Positions 50,233 through 59,456 of a DNA stretch of 64,000 bases are shown piece after piece. A program made the translations under genes and the position numbers. The notes beneath the pieces are model-generated. The model was not told the DNA's origin. It saw nothing but the letters and a program-made list of their open reading frames with translations, and searched no databases. The stretch comes from Promethearchaeota archaeon (GTDB lineage Archaea > Asgardarchaeota > Lokiarchaeia > Sigyniarchaeales > SOKP01). Positions within the stretch are counted from its first letter, which is position 1, and every line of letters begins with the position of its first letter. The stretch covers positions 10,691 to 74,690 of the forward strand of contig JBHLNT010000008.1 of NCBI GenBank assembly GCA_048941265.1. Direction: 5' to 3'.

Positions 50233-52842
50233 ATGTACCTAAATCCTAATAATTCTAACTCTTCAATTGGAAAGAATTCTAAGGTTCTTCCATTAGAAAA
50301 AACACTTCCATCAATTATAAAAGAAGGTATCGTCATATTTTGTGGAGCGGGAATATCAATTCCTCCTCCGAGTTGCTCTCCTTCTTGGTGGACTCTCACT
50401 GAAGAGATATTAACAGCTTTTTTTGATCGGGTTCCGGATTCCTATAATCTTCCAAAGGATATGATTCTAAAAGATCCCGAGAAACAGCCTGAACAGGTCT
50501 TCGAAGCTTTTGCAAATATTTTAGATACAAAGTTTTATAAAGCATTCGAAGCATTAGATGTTGCGAAACCGAATGCTACACATATAGCTCTTGCTAGATT
50601 GGCCAAAGCAGGGATTCTAAAAGCCTGTTTTACAACTAATTTTGATATTTATTTAGAGCACGCATTAAGAGATGAAAATGTTGATTTTGTTCTCTTAGTA
50701 GATAATATTGAATATCAAAATTACTTTGAAAACAATATGAAAAATGCAATACCAGATAATAAATTTATATTATGTAAAGTGCACGGTACAATAGAGCGTC
50801 CAGATACAATAGTAAGCGTCGCTTCTGCTTATAAGAGTGCAAAAGGCTTTTCAGCTCCAAAGGCGGCAGTTTTTGAATACTTAATCTCAAAATACCCTTG
50901 CTTATTTTTAGGATATTCAGGTTGGGATTTTACTCATTTGAACTATAGAAGATTCTGGGATCGTATAGGACCAAAAGTAAAGAAAATAATATGGAATCGG
51001 CATCCTCAAGAGGAAACAGAACCAGATTTTAAAGATATCTTTGATAGTTGTTGGAATGTATTTGAATTTTCTGTAGCTGAACTTCCCGATGGTCTTATCA
51101 AAGCCATTGAGCAATTTGAGAATATTCGTATATTCTTAGCCGACTTAACTATGCAAGTTTATGAAAATGTAGCTGCTCATTTTGCTAGAGCTGAAGTTGA
51201 TAGAATAAGGTTTTTTAAAAATTGGGTAAATGGGTTTCCTAAATCTCATATGATTGGGCTTGTAATAACAGAAAGCCAAAAATTTTCATCAACCTTTAGA
51301 GAATTCATGAAAAAAACACAAGAAATCAGTCAAGACACTGAGGCTGCATCTTATAATATAGGTAAAGAAATGCAAGAACTTGGAAAAAGATATAGTACAG
51401 GAGAACTTTCTGTTGAAGAATATCAACAGAAAATATTTGACCTTTCTTTTGAAAATGCTATGAGATTAATTAGAAATGAATATAAAGCAGGAGTCAGAGA
51501 ACTTTTTAGTCAAAATAAATTCCCAGGTTTAACTGATAATTCGCAAAATAATTTAATGTTTTTAAATACATTAATTGGCACAACAAGATACTTTGAATTA
51601 CAAGAAGCAGCATCAATCGCTGCAGATTATTGTTATAAGATGTTCGAATTAATGAAAGTATATAGTGACGAATCTAGAGCAGATCAAGTAATACTAGGAT
51701 TTGAATTACAATTAAAACGTCCTAATACTGATGATTGGAAAAAGTATCTAACTCAGATGTATGAAGAAAAGAATAAATTTCTTTCAGGACAAATAGATTT
51801 TGACAAGTTTCAAGCGATTTGTATTGATATAAACCAAAAAGCTACATATGAATTAATGGGAATGACAGTAGATATGTTTGATTTATTAGACAAACAAGTA
51901 GCTGCCACTGTAAGAAGTGCAACAAACGAAGAATTTGAGGATCAAGCAGGAGCTTTATGCGTAACCACGCTGCAAATAGCACCTTACTTAAGTTCTAAGT
52001 ATAATAAAAGCCGAGTGTATTTAGATTTAATTGATGCGATATCACAACAAAATTACCCGGAGGAACATAGAGACGCCAGCAAGGTAGTTACTAAACAAAT
52101 GCTTGATGAAATAGACAATTTAATTCGAGAATCATTTATACCTGTATTACAAAAAGCCGAATCTTCAAGTAAATTAGTTAAATTATTAATGGAAATAGCA
52201 TTTATTTCAATTTGGATTCATGGAGTTCAGTATTTGGACCCAGTTGGAATGCAAAAATTTCAGGAAATATGGGAGGCCGGAGAATATCCTCGACGGTTTT
52301 CACCCAAACAGATATTCGAATATTTAAAAGTAAAAATGGCACCATGGGTTGATGATGCCCTCAAAAATCTTCCTTCCCGGTTTGCACAAAAATTATGCGG
52401 TAATCTAGCTATTATGGGGGAGATGGGAGATGATTTTGAATTATGTAAAAGGACAACCTTACGTAGTTTAGAGCTAAGTGAAGGTGTGGTAACAGAAGCA
52501 ACACCGGAAAATATTCCGGGAAATTTGGCAGCATTTTATGAAAGGAAAGGCGATAAGGAAAATGCGCTTAAATACTATCAAATATGTTTAGATGCAATAA
52601 AATTAACATATCCTCCCATTTGGGCTGATGCGATTGTGTATAGATCTGCCTTAATTTTATCGGATATGGGAAACAAGAAAGGAGCTTTGGAAATAATAGG
52701 AAAATATCATCCAAATTTTAGAGGAAACGCAAGTTCAGTCGTTTTACCTTCAAGAAAAATGTGCCTAGAGCTTGCAGAACATTTAGCTGAAGAATTAGGA
52801 TATAGTGATGCCAATACAGCAATAGAGAATATCTTAAGTTAG
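50233..52842 (+). CDS. SIR2-like (SIR2_2) domain protein with long helical/TPR-like C-terminus
   Basis: IFCGAGISIP, PNATH, FTTNFD, KVHG, LFLGYSGWD; C-terminal NLAAFYERKGDKENALKYY. Confidence 0.85.
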   Translation: MYLNPNNSNSSIGKNSKVLPLEKTLPSIIKEGIVIFCGAGISIPPPSCSPSWWTLTEEILTAFFDRVPDSYNLPKDMILKDPEKQPEQVFEAFANILDTKFYKAFEALDVAKPNATHIALARLAKAGILKACFTTNFDIYLEHALRDENVDFVLLVDNIEYQNYFENNMKNAIPDNKFILCKVHGTIERPDTIVSVASAYKSAKGFSAPKAAVFEYLISKYPCLFLGYSGWDFTHLNYRRFWDRIGPKVKKIIWNRHPQEETEPDFKDIFDSCWNVFEFSVAELPDGLIKAIEQFENIRIFLADLTMQVYENVAAHFARAEVDRIRFFKNWVNGFPKSHMIGLVITESQKFSSTFREFMKKTQEISQDTEAASYNIGKEMQELGKRYSTGELSVEEYQQKIFDLSFENAMRLIRNEYKAGVRELFSQNKFPGLTDNSQNNLMFLNTLIGTTRYFELQEAASIAADYCYKMFELMKVYSDESRADQVILGFELQLKRPNTDDWKKYLTQMYEEKNKFLSGQIDFDKFQAICIDINQKATYELMGMTVDMFDLLDKQVAATVRSATNEEFEDQAGALCVTTLQIAPYLSSKYNKSRVYLDLIDAISQQNYPEEHRDASKVVTKQMLDEIDNLIRESFIPVLQKAESSSKLVKLLMEIAFISIWIHGVQYLDPVGMQKFQEIWEAGEYPRRFSPKQIFEYLKVKMAPWVDDALKNLPSRFAQKLCGNLAIMGEMGDDFELCKRTTLRSLELSEGVVTEATPENIPGNLAAFYERKGDKENALKYYQICLDAIKLTYPPIWADAIVYRSALILSDMGNKKGALEIIGKYHPNFRGNASSVVLPSRKMCLELAEHLAEELGYSDANTAIENILS

Positions 52843-52904
52843 TAATAGTCCATTTTCTTAGATAACCTAAAAGGTGGTTAGATAAAATATGAAGTGTTTA
52901 ATCT

Positions 52905-53082
52905 ATGAAAAATCGTGACTCTAAAGCTGTTCCGATTATGTTTGATACTGACATGGACATCGACTTTGATTGAAGATCAAAGCGAGAAATCATTTCATAT
53001 ATATCTCAAACTTAAAAATTCTAAAAGATTGCTGAAAAAGCAGCTGGAATCTCTTTTAGTTAAGCCTCCGGTAAATAAATGA
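52905..53082 (+). pseudogene. Internally deleted remnant resembling a nucleoside hydrolase family gene
   Basis: MKNRDSKAVPIMFDTDMDIDFD* joined out of frame to ...HIYLKLK...QLESLLVKPPVNK*. Confidence 0.5.
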
Positions 53083-53220
53083 AAAAGGAATTTATAATAA
53101 ATCAAAATAAAGAATTCACTAAATACTTATATTTTTTTAATAAGTAAGCATTTTTAATTTAGTTAATTTAACGAATTATTTTATAGGGTTCTTTCATTAC
53201 CAATTCATAAGCGCAATAAA

Positions 53221-54249
53221 TTGTTTAAGATTAAATTGACAGACATAATAGAATCCGAAAATGCTTTAGTTTTCGAAATACAAAAAATGAGTACTGAGGA
53301 TGGTCCTGGGATTAGAACAACCGTTTTTTTTAAGCAGTGCCCTTTAAGGTGTATATGGTGTCATAATCCTGAGTCAATTTTAAAAAAACGACAATTAGAG
53401 TGGTTCCAACATAAATGTATAGGTTGTAAAACTTGTATTGAAACTTGCAAACAAACTGCTTTGTCGTTCAATGAAAATGGTCTTCGAATCGATCGAGAAA
53501 AATGTACAAGCTGCGGTGAATGTGAGGATGCTTGTCCGAGTACCGCCTTGCATATGTTAGGAAAGTGGTGGAATATAAGTGACCTATTTCATGAAGTTCA
53601 GAAAGATAAAGCATATTATTTGAAATCAAAAGGAGGAATAACAGTTTCAGGAGGTGAACCAACTACTCAAGCTAACGCTCTTTTAATTTTCCTGAGAAAA
53701 TGTAAAGAGGATGGAATTTCTACTGCATTAGACACTTGCGGTTATACCTCAAAAGAAATATATGAAAAAATTCTACCATTTATTGATTTAGTTCTATTGG
53801 ATATTAAAGAAATTGATTCCGAAAAGCATAAAGAATTTACTGGTGTTCCCAACGAGAGGATTTTAGAAAATGCTATTTGGATTATGAATTATTTAAAAAA
53901 AAATAATAAAGAATTATGGATAAGAACTCCAGTTATCCCCAGATATACTGCTACTGAAGATAATATTCGCGGTATTGGTAAGTTTATTGTTGAAAAATTG
54001 GAAAATTTTCCTAGTCGATGGGATTTACTTAGCTTTAATCGGTTATGTGTTGATAAGTATTCCAGGTTAGATCTACCATGGGTTCTGAAAGATGAACCAT
54101 TATTGAAAAAAGAGGAGATGGAGCAATTTTCTGAGATTGCCAAAAAGACAGGTGTAAAAAATGTTCGATGGTCTGGTTTGACCAAAAAAAATGAAATAAA
54201 CGATGATAAGGTACAAAATGAGAAAGAAACTAAACTCTCAACGTGTTAG
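53221..54249 (+). CDS. Glycyl radical enzyme activating protein (radical SAM with ferredoxin insert)
   Basis: EDGPGIRTTVFFK, CPLRCIWCHNPES, CIGCKTC and CTSCGEC, SGGEP, DTCG. Confidence 0.95.
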   Translation: MFKIKLTDIIESENALVFEIQKMSTEDGPGIRTTVFFKQCPLRCIWCHNPESILKKRQLEWFQHKCIGCKTCIETCKQTALSFNENGLRIDREKCTSCGECEDACPSTALHMLGKWWNISDLFHEVQKDKAYYLKSKGGITVSGGEPTTQANALLIFLRKCKEDGISTALDTCGYTSKEIYEKILPFIDLVLLDIKEIDSEKHKEFTGVPNERILENAIWIMNYLKKNNKELWIRTPVIPRYTATEDNIRGIGKFIVEKLENFPSRWDLLSFNRLCVDKYSRLDLPWVLKDEPLLKKEEMEQFSEIAKKTGVKNVRWSGLTKKNEINDDKVQNEKETKLSTC

Positions 54250-54298
54250 AAAAAAATAAATAATATAAAATTCTACAAATAATAGGGATGTAGACTAA

Positions 54299-55183
54299 AT
54301 GGAAAAGAAGGATAATTTAACTCAGTGGTCTTCCGAACTTTCGGAGGAAATAATTGAGTTTACTCAGCCAGATATTATGGTTAAATTAATTGCTACAGTT
54401 GATCCGCGTAATTGGCCCCACATTACGATGATTTCAAGCAATCGAGCTATATCTCATGATCAAATCGTATGGGGACAATTTACTATTGGCACAAGCAAGG
54501 AGTATATCCAAAAGAATCCAAAACAAGGTTTTTTTTATATGACAGCGGAAGCTCCTTTTAAATTCATTCAAGTAAAAGCAGATTTTAGCCATACAAAAAC
54601 TGAAGGCGAGGATATTGAATATTTCAATAACTCCGATTTTATGCGTTATTTTACCTATGTAAACGTTTATAAGGTATATTATAATAAAGTTAATGTAGTC
54701 ACTCCTATAAGAAATTTACCGTTTGGGGGAATTCCTAAAAAAGTTGTAAGAGAGATAAAAAAATTAACCGCAACCGGGCTTGATGAGAAAAGGTTAAATG
54801 TAATTGGATATAAATTATTCACTAATCCTATTGGGATAAGGGCCATCGCATATATCGATCCTACAGATGGTTATCCGATTATTATACCCCATCTTCAATT
54901 AGAAGCTGTTGATCATAACCGACTCTATTTCCCGCTAACAGCTTTAAAGGAGGATTTATTACAAATACCCGTTAATTCTAAAGTTGCTACTTTTGCAGCT
55001 AATTTTGATATGGCCAATCAAGTTGTAAAAGGAACTTATATAGGAGTTCAAAAAACTGGAGATACTGAATTTGGATTAATTGAGATTGAAGAGATATATA
55101 ATAGCAGTCCCCCTATTACGGGTAAAATTTATCCTGAAATTGAAATAAGGTCGAAAGTGACCCATTTCCCAAAAGAGCTCTAA
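54299..55183 (+). CDS. Tandem PNPOx-like split-barrel protein
   Basis: Two repeats: LIATVDPRNWPHIT and AIAYIDPTDGYPIII. Confidence 0.7.
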   Translation: MEKKDNLTQWSSELSEEIIEFTQPDIMVKLIATVDPRNWPHITMISSNRAISHDQIVWGQFTIGTSKEYIQKNPKQGFFYMTAEAPFKFIQVKADFSHTKTEGEDIEYFNNSDFMRYFTYVNVYKVYYNKVNVVTPIRNLPFGGIPKKVVREIKKLTATGLDEKRLNVIGYKLFTNPIGIRAIAYIDPTDGYPIIIPHLQLEAVDHNRLYFPLTALKEDLLQIPVNSKVATFAANFDMANQVVKGTYIGVQKTGDTEFGLIEIEEIYNSSPPITGKIYPEIEIRSKVTHFPKEL

Positions 55184-55184
55184 T

Positions 55185-56636
55185 TTACTTTTTTTTTATG
55201 TAATCTTCTGTCTCTTTGATTACATTTTCGATCCATTCATTAACCTTATCTAAAATTTCGGTCTTTTCTTTATGGCTTAAACCTAAATTCGGTTCCTCAA
55301 ATTTAATGTATAAATTCGCATATTTCCCCATCTCCCACATAAATTTTGATTGGAGGATAATTTTTCTGAGCCTGTCTCTTGCTATTTCAAAAGCTTTTCC
55401 TATAGACTGTATATCATAATCTTTTTCTATAATTCCTTTAAGGTATAAGAGAATAATTAATACATCGTCTTTCTCCGGTTTTGGTAATGGTTTGGATTCA
55501 ATATAAGGTCGTTTTTGAGTCCTTAATTCGAATTTTTCCTCTTTACTTATCTTATCATTTCCAAATTCGATCTTGTTAGTGAGTTCCACTTCGGAGGATT
55601 TTGAAATTCTTTCCACTGGGGGATGTTCTTTAAATTCTTTATAAACAGCTAAATTCTCTAATTGTTCTTTAGTATTCCTTTTAAATTGCTCAGGCCATTC
55701 AACGAAAGAATTTAGGCGAGTTTTAGCAGAAATAAAAACATATTCTTTCAACTTTTTACTCGCTTCCAAAGGAGGTTTATACATTGGAGAAAGTGATGGT
55801 TTAGAAATTATTACTTTTGAAGCATTATCAATAAGTGAAAATAAATACATGGGATCATAATCAAGTTTAGAATAAATATCTTTTAAATAAAGGATTTTAT
55901 CATAAATTTCTTGGCGATCAGATGCAGAGAATATTGTTTTTAAATATTTATCAGCACCTAACACTATCTCGTTTATACCTGCTGTATTTTCCATGAACTT
56001 ATTTCTTCTATCTTTCATCATTTCAGTAGAAATCAGAATCTTGTTAAAAGTATCCCAATCTGTACTCAAAAGGATATGACCTTGACCGAGTTGATGAGAA
56101 CTCGGTTTTCTGATCGTTTCTAAAAATTCTAAAAATATATCCTTATAGGGAATAAAAAAATTTCTCATTAAAGCTCCTTTGATAAAGGATCTTTGTGTAA
56201 TTGATTTATTTGATAAGTCCAAGATCGGAACTTTTATGAGTTTTTCAGCGACGATAACATCGCGATCGTTTTCAAGTGTAATATTTTTTGAAGTTGCCAT
56301 GTGATCATATACGAAATCAGATAAAATCAAACCTGTTAACTCCCTATTATCAGTAATATATCTTCCGGACTGGAGCTCGAATTTTGAATAGTAATACCCC
56401 AATCCAAATAAAAAGTGAACAGCCCTCGTTTCTTGACCTAATTCAGTAGATTTTTCTACGATAGCTGTGGATTCTAGTCCCGCAAAAAATATGACCAAAT
56501 CTGATTGAATTTTCGAGACATAATGGTTAACATATTTCCCTAAAGTAGGATACCCTAATAAATCTCCCCAGCTTGGAATAATAAAGAGCATATTATTTTC
56601 AACCAAATTTGATTGTTTTAAACCTACGCTAACCAA
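55185..56636 (-). CDS. Hypothetical protein
   Basis: 483-aa ORF with GGTGG SD; no recognised motif. Confidence 0.75.
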   Translation of the reverse strand: MVSVGLKQSNLVENNMLFIIPSWGDLLGYPTLGKYVNHYVSKIQSDLVIFFAGLESTAIVEKSTELGQETRAVHFLFGLGYYYSKFELQSGRYITDNRELTGLILSDFVYDHMATSKNITLENDRDVIVAEKLIKVPILDLSNKSITQRSFIKGALMRNFFIPYKDIFLEFLETIRKPSSHQLGQGHILLSTDWDTFNKILISTEMMKDRRNKFMENTAGINEIVLGADKYLKTIFSASDRQEIYDKILYLKDIYSKLDYDPMYLFSLIDNASKVIISKPSLSPMYKPPLEASKKLKEYVFISAKTRLNSFVEWPEQFKRNTKEQLENLAVYKEFKEHPPVERISKSSEVELTNKIEFGNDKISKEEKFELRTQKRPYIESKPLPKPEKDDVLIILLYLKGIIEKDYDIQSIGKAFEIARDRLRKIILQSKFMWEMGKYANLYIKFEEPNLGLSHKEKTEILDKVNEWIENVIKETEDYIKKK

Positions 56637-56897
56637 TAAAATACCACCATGATCAATATTAGATTTATAAGAAATGGATTCAATTACAAATTACAAAAAA
56701 TAATTCCGCATATAAAATTCTTTTGGAAAAAATAATTTAGAATTAGAAAAAATAAAATAATTAATCCATTCTTTTGGCGAATAATGCCATTTGAAATTAT
56801 AAGACCTCTAGTTTATATTTCTTGAAAATTAATTTCTAATTATAAGGTATTCTAATAATTCATGATCATACCATTATTCACAATTACTTTTCTAACT

Positions 56898-57599
56898 TTG
56901 AAGGTCAAATATCAAGATTTCGGGTTGCGTGAAGGTAATCTATACGAAATTATTGCCACAACCTATTCTATCACTGAAGATGGAAAAAAAATCAAACCTA
57001 ATGCTTCATGTATGGGAATTAGACTAATGGAAGATAATCAAATACAGATATCTCCATTTTCCAGTACAGCAACTTATAAAAATATCAAAGCAAATAGTAC
57101 AATAGCGATAAATTTCGTTGATGATGTGTATTTATATGCTCTAGCGGCCTTAAAGGAACGAGATTCAACGATAGGATTGACCGAGTTTCCCTCAGAATAT
57201 TATGAATTCAAGTATTTAGAGAGTCGTATGATGGATGTACCTTATATCAAGAAAGCATGGGGTATTTTGATATGTGAAGTCTCACAAGAATATGAAAAAA
57301 CAAAACACAATAGTTTTGGAGAAGTTGTGATTCCTGTATTCAAACTACATCCCATTTTTCATGAAAAATTTCAAGAATCGTATAAATTATTTAATAGAGC
57401 AGAAAATTTAGCTCTAGAATCTATAATATTGGCGACTAGATTAAAGATTGCCAAAAAAAAGAATGACAGAGAGTTATTTCAAAAATTTCATGAAAAAATT
57501 AGGGACCACATGAAAAATATTGAAAGATTTGGTAAAAACAAAGATGCTCTTAAGACTATTGCCCTTGTTAGCAATTATATTAGTAGCCTAAGGGATTAA
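56898..57599 (+). CDS. DUF447-family split-barrel protein
   Basis: YEIIATT...PNASCMGI...TYKNI...FNRAENLALESIILATR. Start uncertain (56862 or 56898). Confidence 0.8.
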   Translation: MKVKYQDFGLREGNLYEIIATTYSITEDGKKIKPNASCMGIRLMEDNQIQISPFSSTATYKNIKANSTIAINFVDDVYLYALAALKERDSTIGLTEFPSEYYEFKYLESRMMDVPYIKKAWGILICEVSQEYEKTKHNSFGEVVIPVFKLHPIFHEKFQESYKLFNRAENLALESIILATRLKIAKKKNDRELFQKFHEKIRDHMKNIERFGKNKDALKTIALVSNYISSLRD

Positions 57600-57847
57600 T
57601 CTTTTTCGAATATTAACATATTGTCTTTATAAGGTTTAAATTTATTTTTTAATAAATAAAAATTAAGTAAATTGATAAACCTTTTACACTCATCAAAATT
57701 TAACGTAATAGACTGATTATTAGATTCATCAACAGATTTTTGGATAATTCTGATCTTATCCTTAGATTTATAAAACACTATATAAGTTTCTTTTAATGGT
57801 ACTTTTTTCCCTTTTACAATTTCAATGCTTATATTCTTAGTAAACAT
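57596..57847 (-). CDS. Hypothetical protein
   Basis: 83-aa ATG ORF downstream of mptD. Confidence 0.5.
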   Translation of the reverse strand: MFTKNISIEIVKGKKVPLKETYIVFYKSKDKIRIIQKSVDESNNQSITLNFDECKRFINLLNFYLLKNKFKPYKDNMLIFEKD

Positions 57848-57927
57848 ATCAGATCACTTAATTTTAGAGCGTTTTGAAATACATTTAATTAACAAATTTC
57901 TTATTACAGAGTAAAATAAAAACGGAA

Positions 57928-58323
57928 TTATCCTTTTTCCTGAATTTTTTCAATATACATTAAAGGATATTGTAGATCTTCAACCCAATCTATTTTAGCT
58001 AAAATTTCAATTGATTCATATTCAAGAATGATTTCTGCCCTTATAATCTTTCCAGTAACTTCGTCATAATCAAACGGAGAAGATTTATTCCCCTCAATTT
58101 TGTCTCGATCCAAATTCAGTTTAATAGATTTTACATAAGGTTGACAAGAAATCGAAGCTTCGATTCCCTGTTCTATTAATTTAATTACATTTTCATCAGT
58201 AGAAATAGGAATGCCCATTAAAATATGATATAAGGCGCCGAGCTTAATACCCGTCTCAAAACAAGCTCTTTCTCTTTCACTTAAATCAGATGAGAAATAG
58301 ATTTTATAATTATTTTCACTCAT
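57928..58323 (-). CDS. mptD: Archaeal dihydroneopterin aldolase
   Basis: ERACFETGIKLGALYH, QPYV, YPLMYI. Confidence 0.9.
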   Translation of the reverse strand: MSENNYKIYFSSDLSERERACFETGIKLGALYHILMGIPISTDENVIKLIEQGIEASISCQPYVKSIKLNLDRDKIEGNKSSPFDYDEVTGKIIRAEIILEYESIEILAKIDWVEDLQYPLMYIEKIQEKG

Positions 58324-58329
58324 TAAAAA

Positions 58330-59334
58330 TCATTCTAGGTATTCGATTTTTGCTCCGGTATTATTAGGTTTACAAATATAGATATGACCTCCAGTTTTTC
58401 TAAGATGGCTGTGAACTGCTCCAAATAATGCTTCTGCCTCTTGATCAGATTCCGTAATACCAACGACGCTCGGTCCAAAAGAACTCATTCCGTAAGCCTT
58501 AACGCCATAATCATCAAAGAAGTTCAATAAATTTTTAACTACTACATGCTGTAAATTTATTTCAATTTTTTTAAAACCGATCCTCTGAATTCTTTTTATG
58601 CCTTCTCCGAAACAAATTAAATTTTTTTTCAATATTCCAGGTACAACTTTCATCAATATTTGATGAGAAACTTCATTTACTTCTTCTCTTGGTATAGGGG
58701 CATGCTTTTGAAAAATAGTTACTTCTTCATCTCCATAGGCTCCATTTTTGACATTCGGAATAGCAACAACAAAACGCCAATGTTCGGGAATTGTATATCT
58801 TAAAAGTGTTATAGCAGGGTCAGCAGAATTTGACGCTGATGAGGGTAAAAAGGTTTCTTTTTCTTTTCCCTTACCAAAATCATGACCTCCATCTAAGATA
58901 AAACCTCCCGATTCAAAACCTCGCCATCCTATTCCAGAGGTCCCTCCTCTCTCGACAAGTTTAGTTAAATCTTTTGTTGATATCTCCATGTCTTTTAATT
59001 TGGCAATAGCAGTAGCGATTGCGAGTGATAATTGAGTTTTTGACCCTAATCCAACATGACTTGGATAATATCTTCGAAGATGAAAATGGAAATTTTTATT
59101 GTTAATATCAAAGGCCTTGAAAATCTTTGATGCTTTCTCATTGATCACTTCTATTGATTCTCGATAATATTTAATTGCTTCAATTTTAAATTGAGTTGCT
59201 GAATTTGAGGCTTCAAACACGACATTTGGACGATCTACCATAAGACCGATACCACCATCGACTCTCCCCGTGTACCCATTCTCATCTATCAAAGAAAGAT
59301 GTATACGACAAGGTGTAGTTATTCTAACTTTCAT
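58330..59334 (-). CDS. mptG: Beta-ribofuranosylaminobenzene 5'-phosphate synthase (GHMP family)
   Basis: TPCRIHLSLID, GRVDGGIG, HVGLGSKTQ, RGGTSGIG, GGFILDGGH, GMSSFGP. Confidence 0.92.
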   Translation of the reverse strand: MKVRITTPCRIHLSLIDENGYTGRVDGGIGLMVDRPNVVFEASNSATQFKIEAIKYYRESIEVINEKASKIFKAFDINNKNFHFHLRRYYPSHVGLGSKTQLSLAIATAIAKLKDMEISTKDLTKLVERGGTSGIGWRGFESGGFILDGGHDFGKGKEKETFLPSSASNSADPAITLLRYTIPEHWRFVVAIPNVKNGAYGDEEVTIFQKHAPIPREEVNEVSHQILMKVVPGILKKNLICFGEGIKRIQRIGFKKIEINLQHVVVKNLLNFFDDYGVKAYGMSSFGPSVVGITESDQEAEALFGAVHSHLRKTGGHIYICKPNNTGAKIEYLE

Positions 59335-59456
59335 TTTATTGAGAATAAAAGGTTATTCTGGTATTCATTCAGTTTTTTTTAGCGGTCTATGCTACGAATA
59401 TGAATTCTTAAAACAATTTAAATGTAATATAAATTCATTTTTAGAATATAAAAAAA

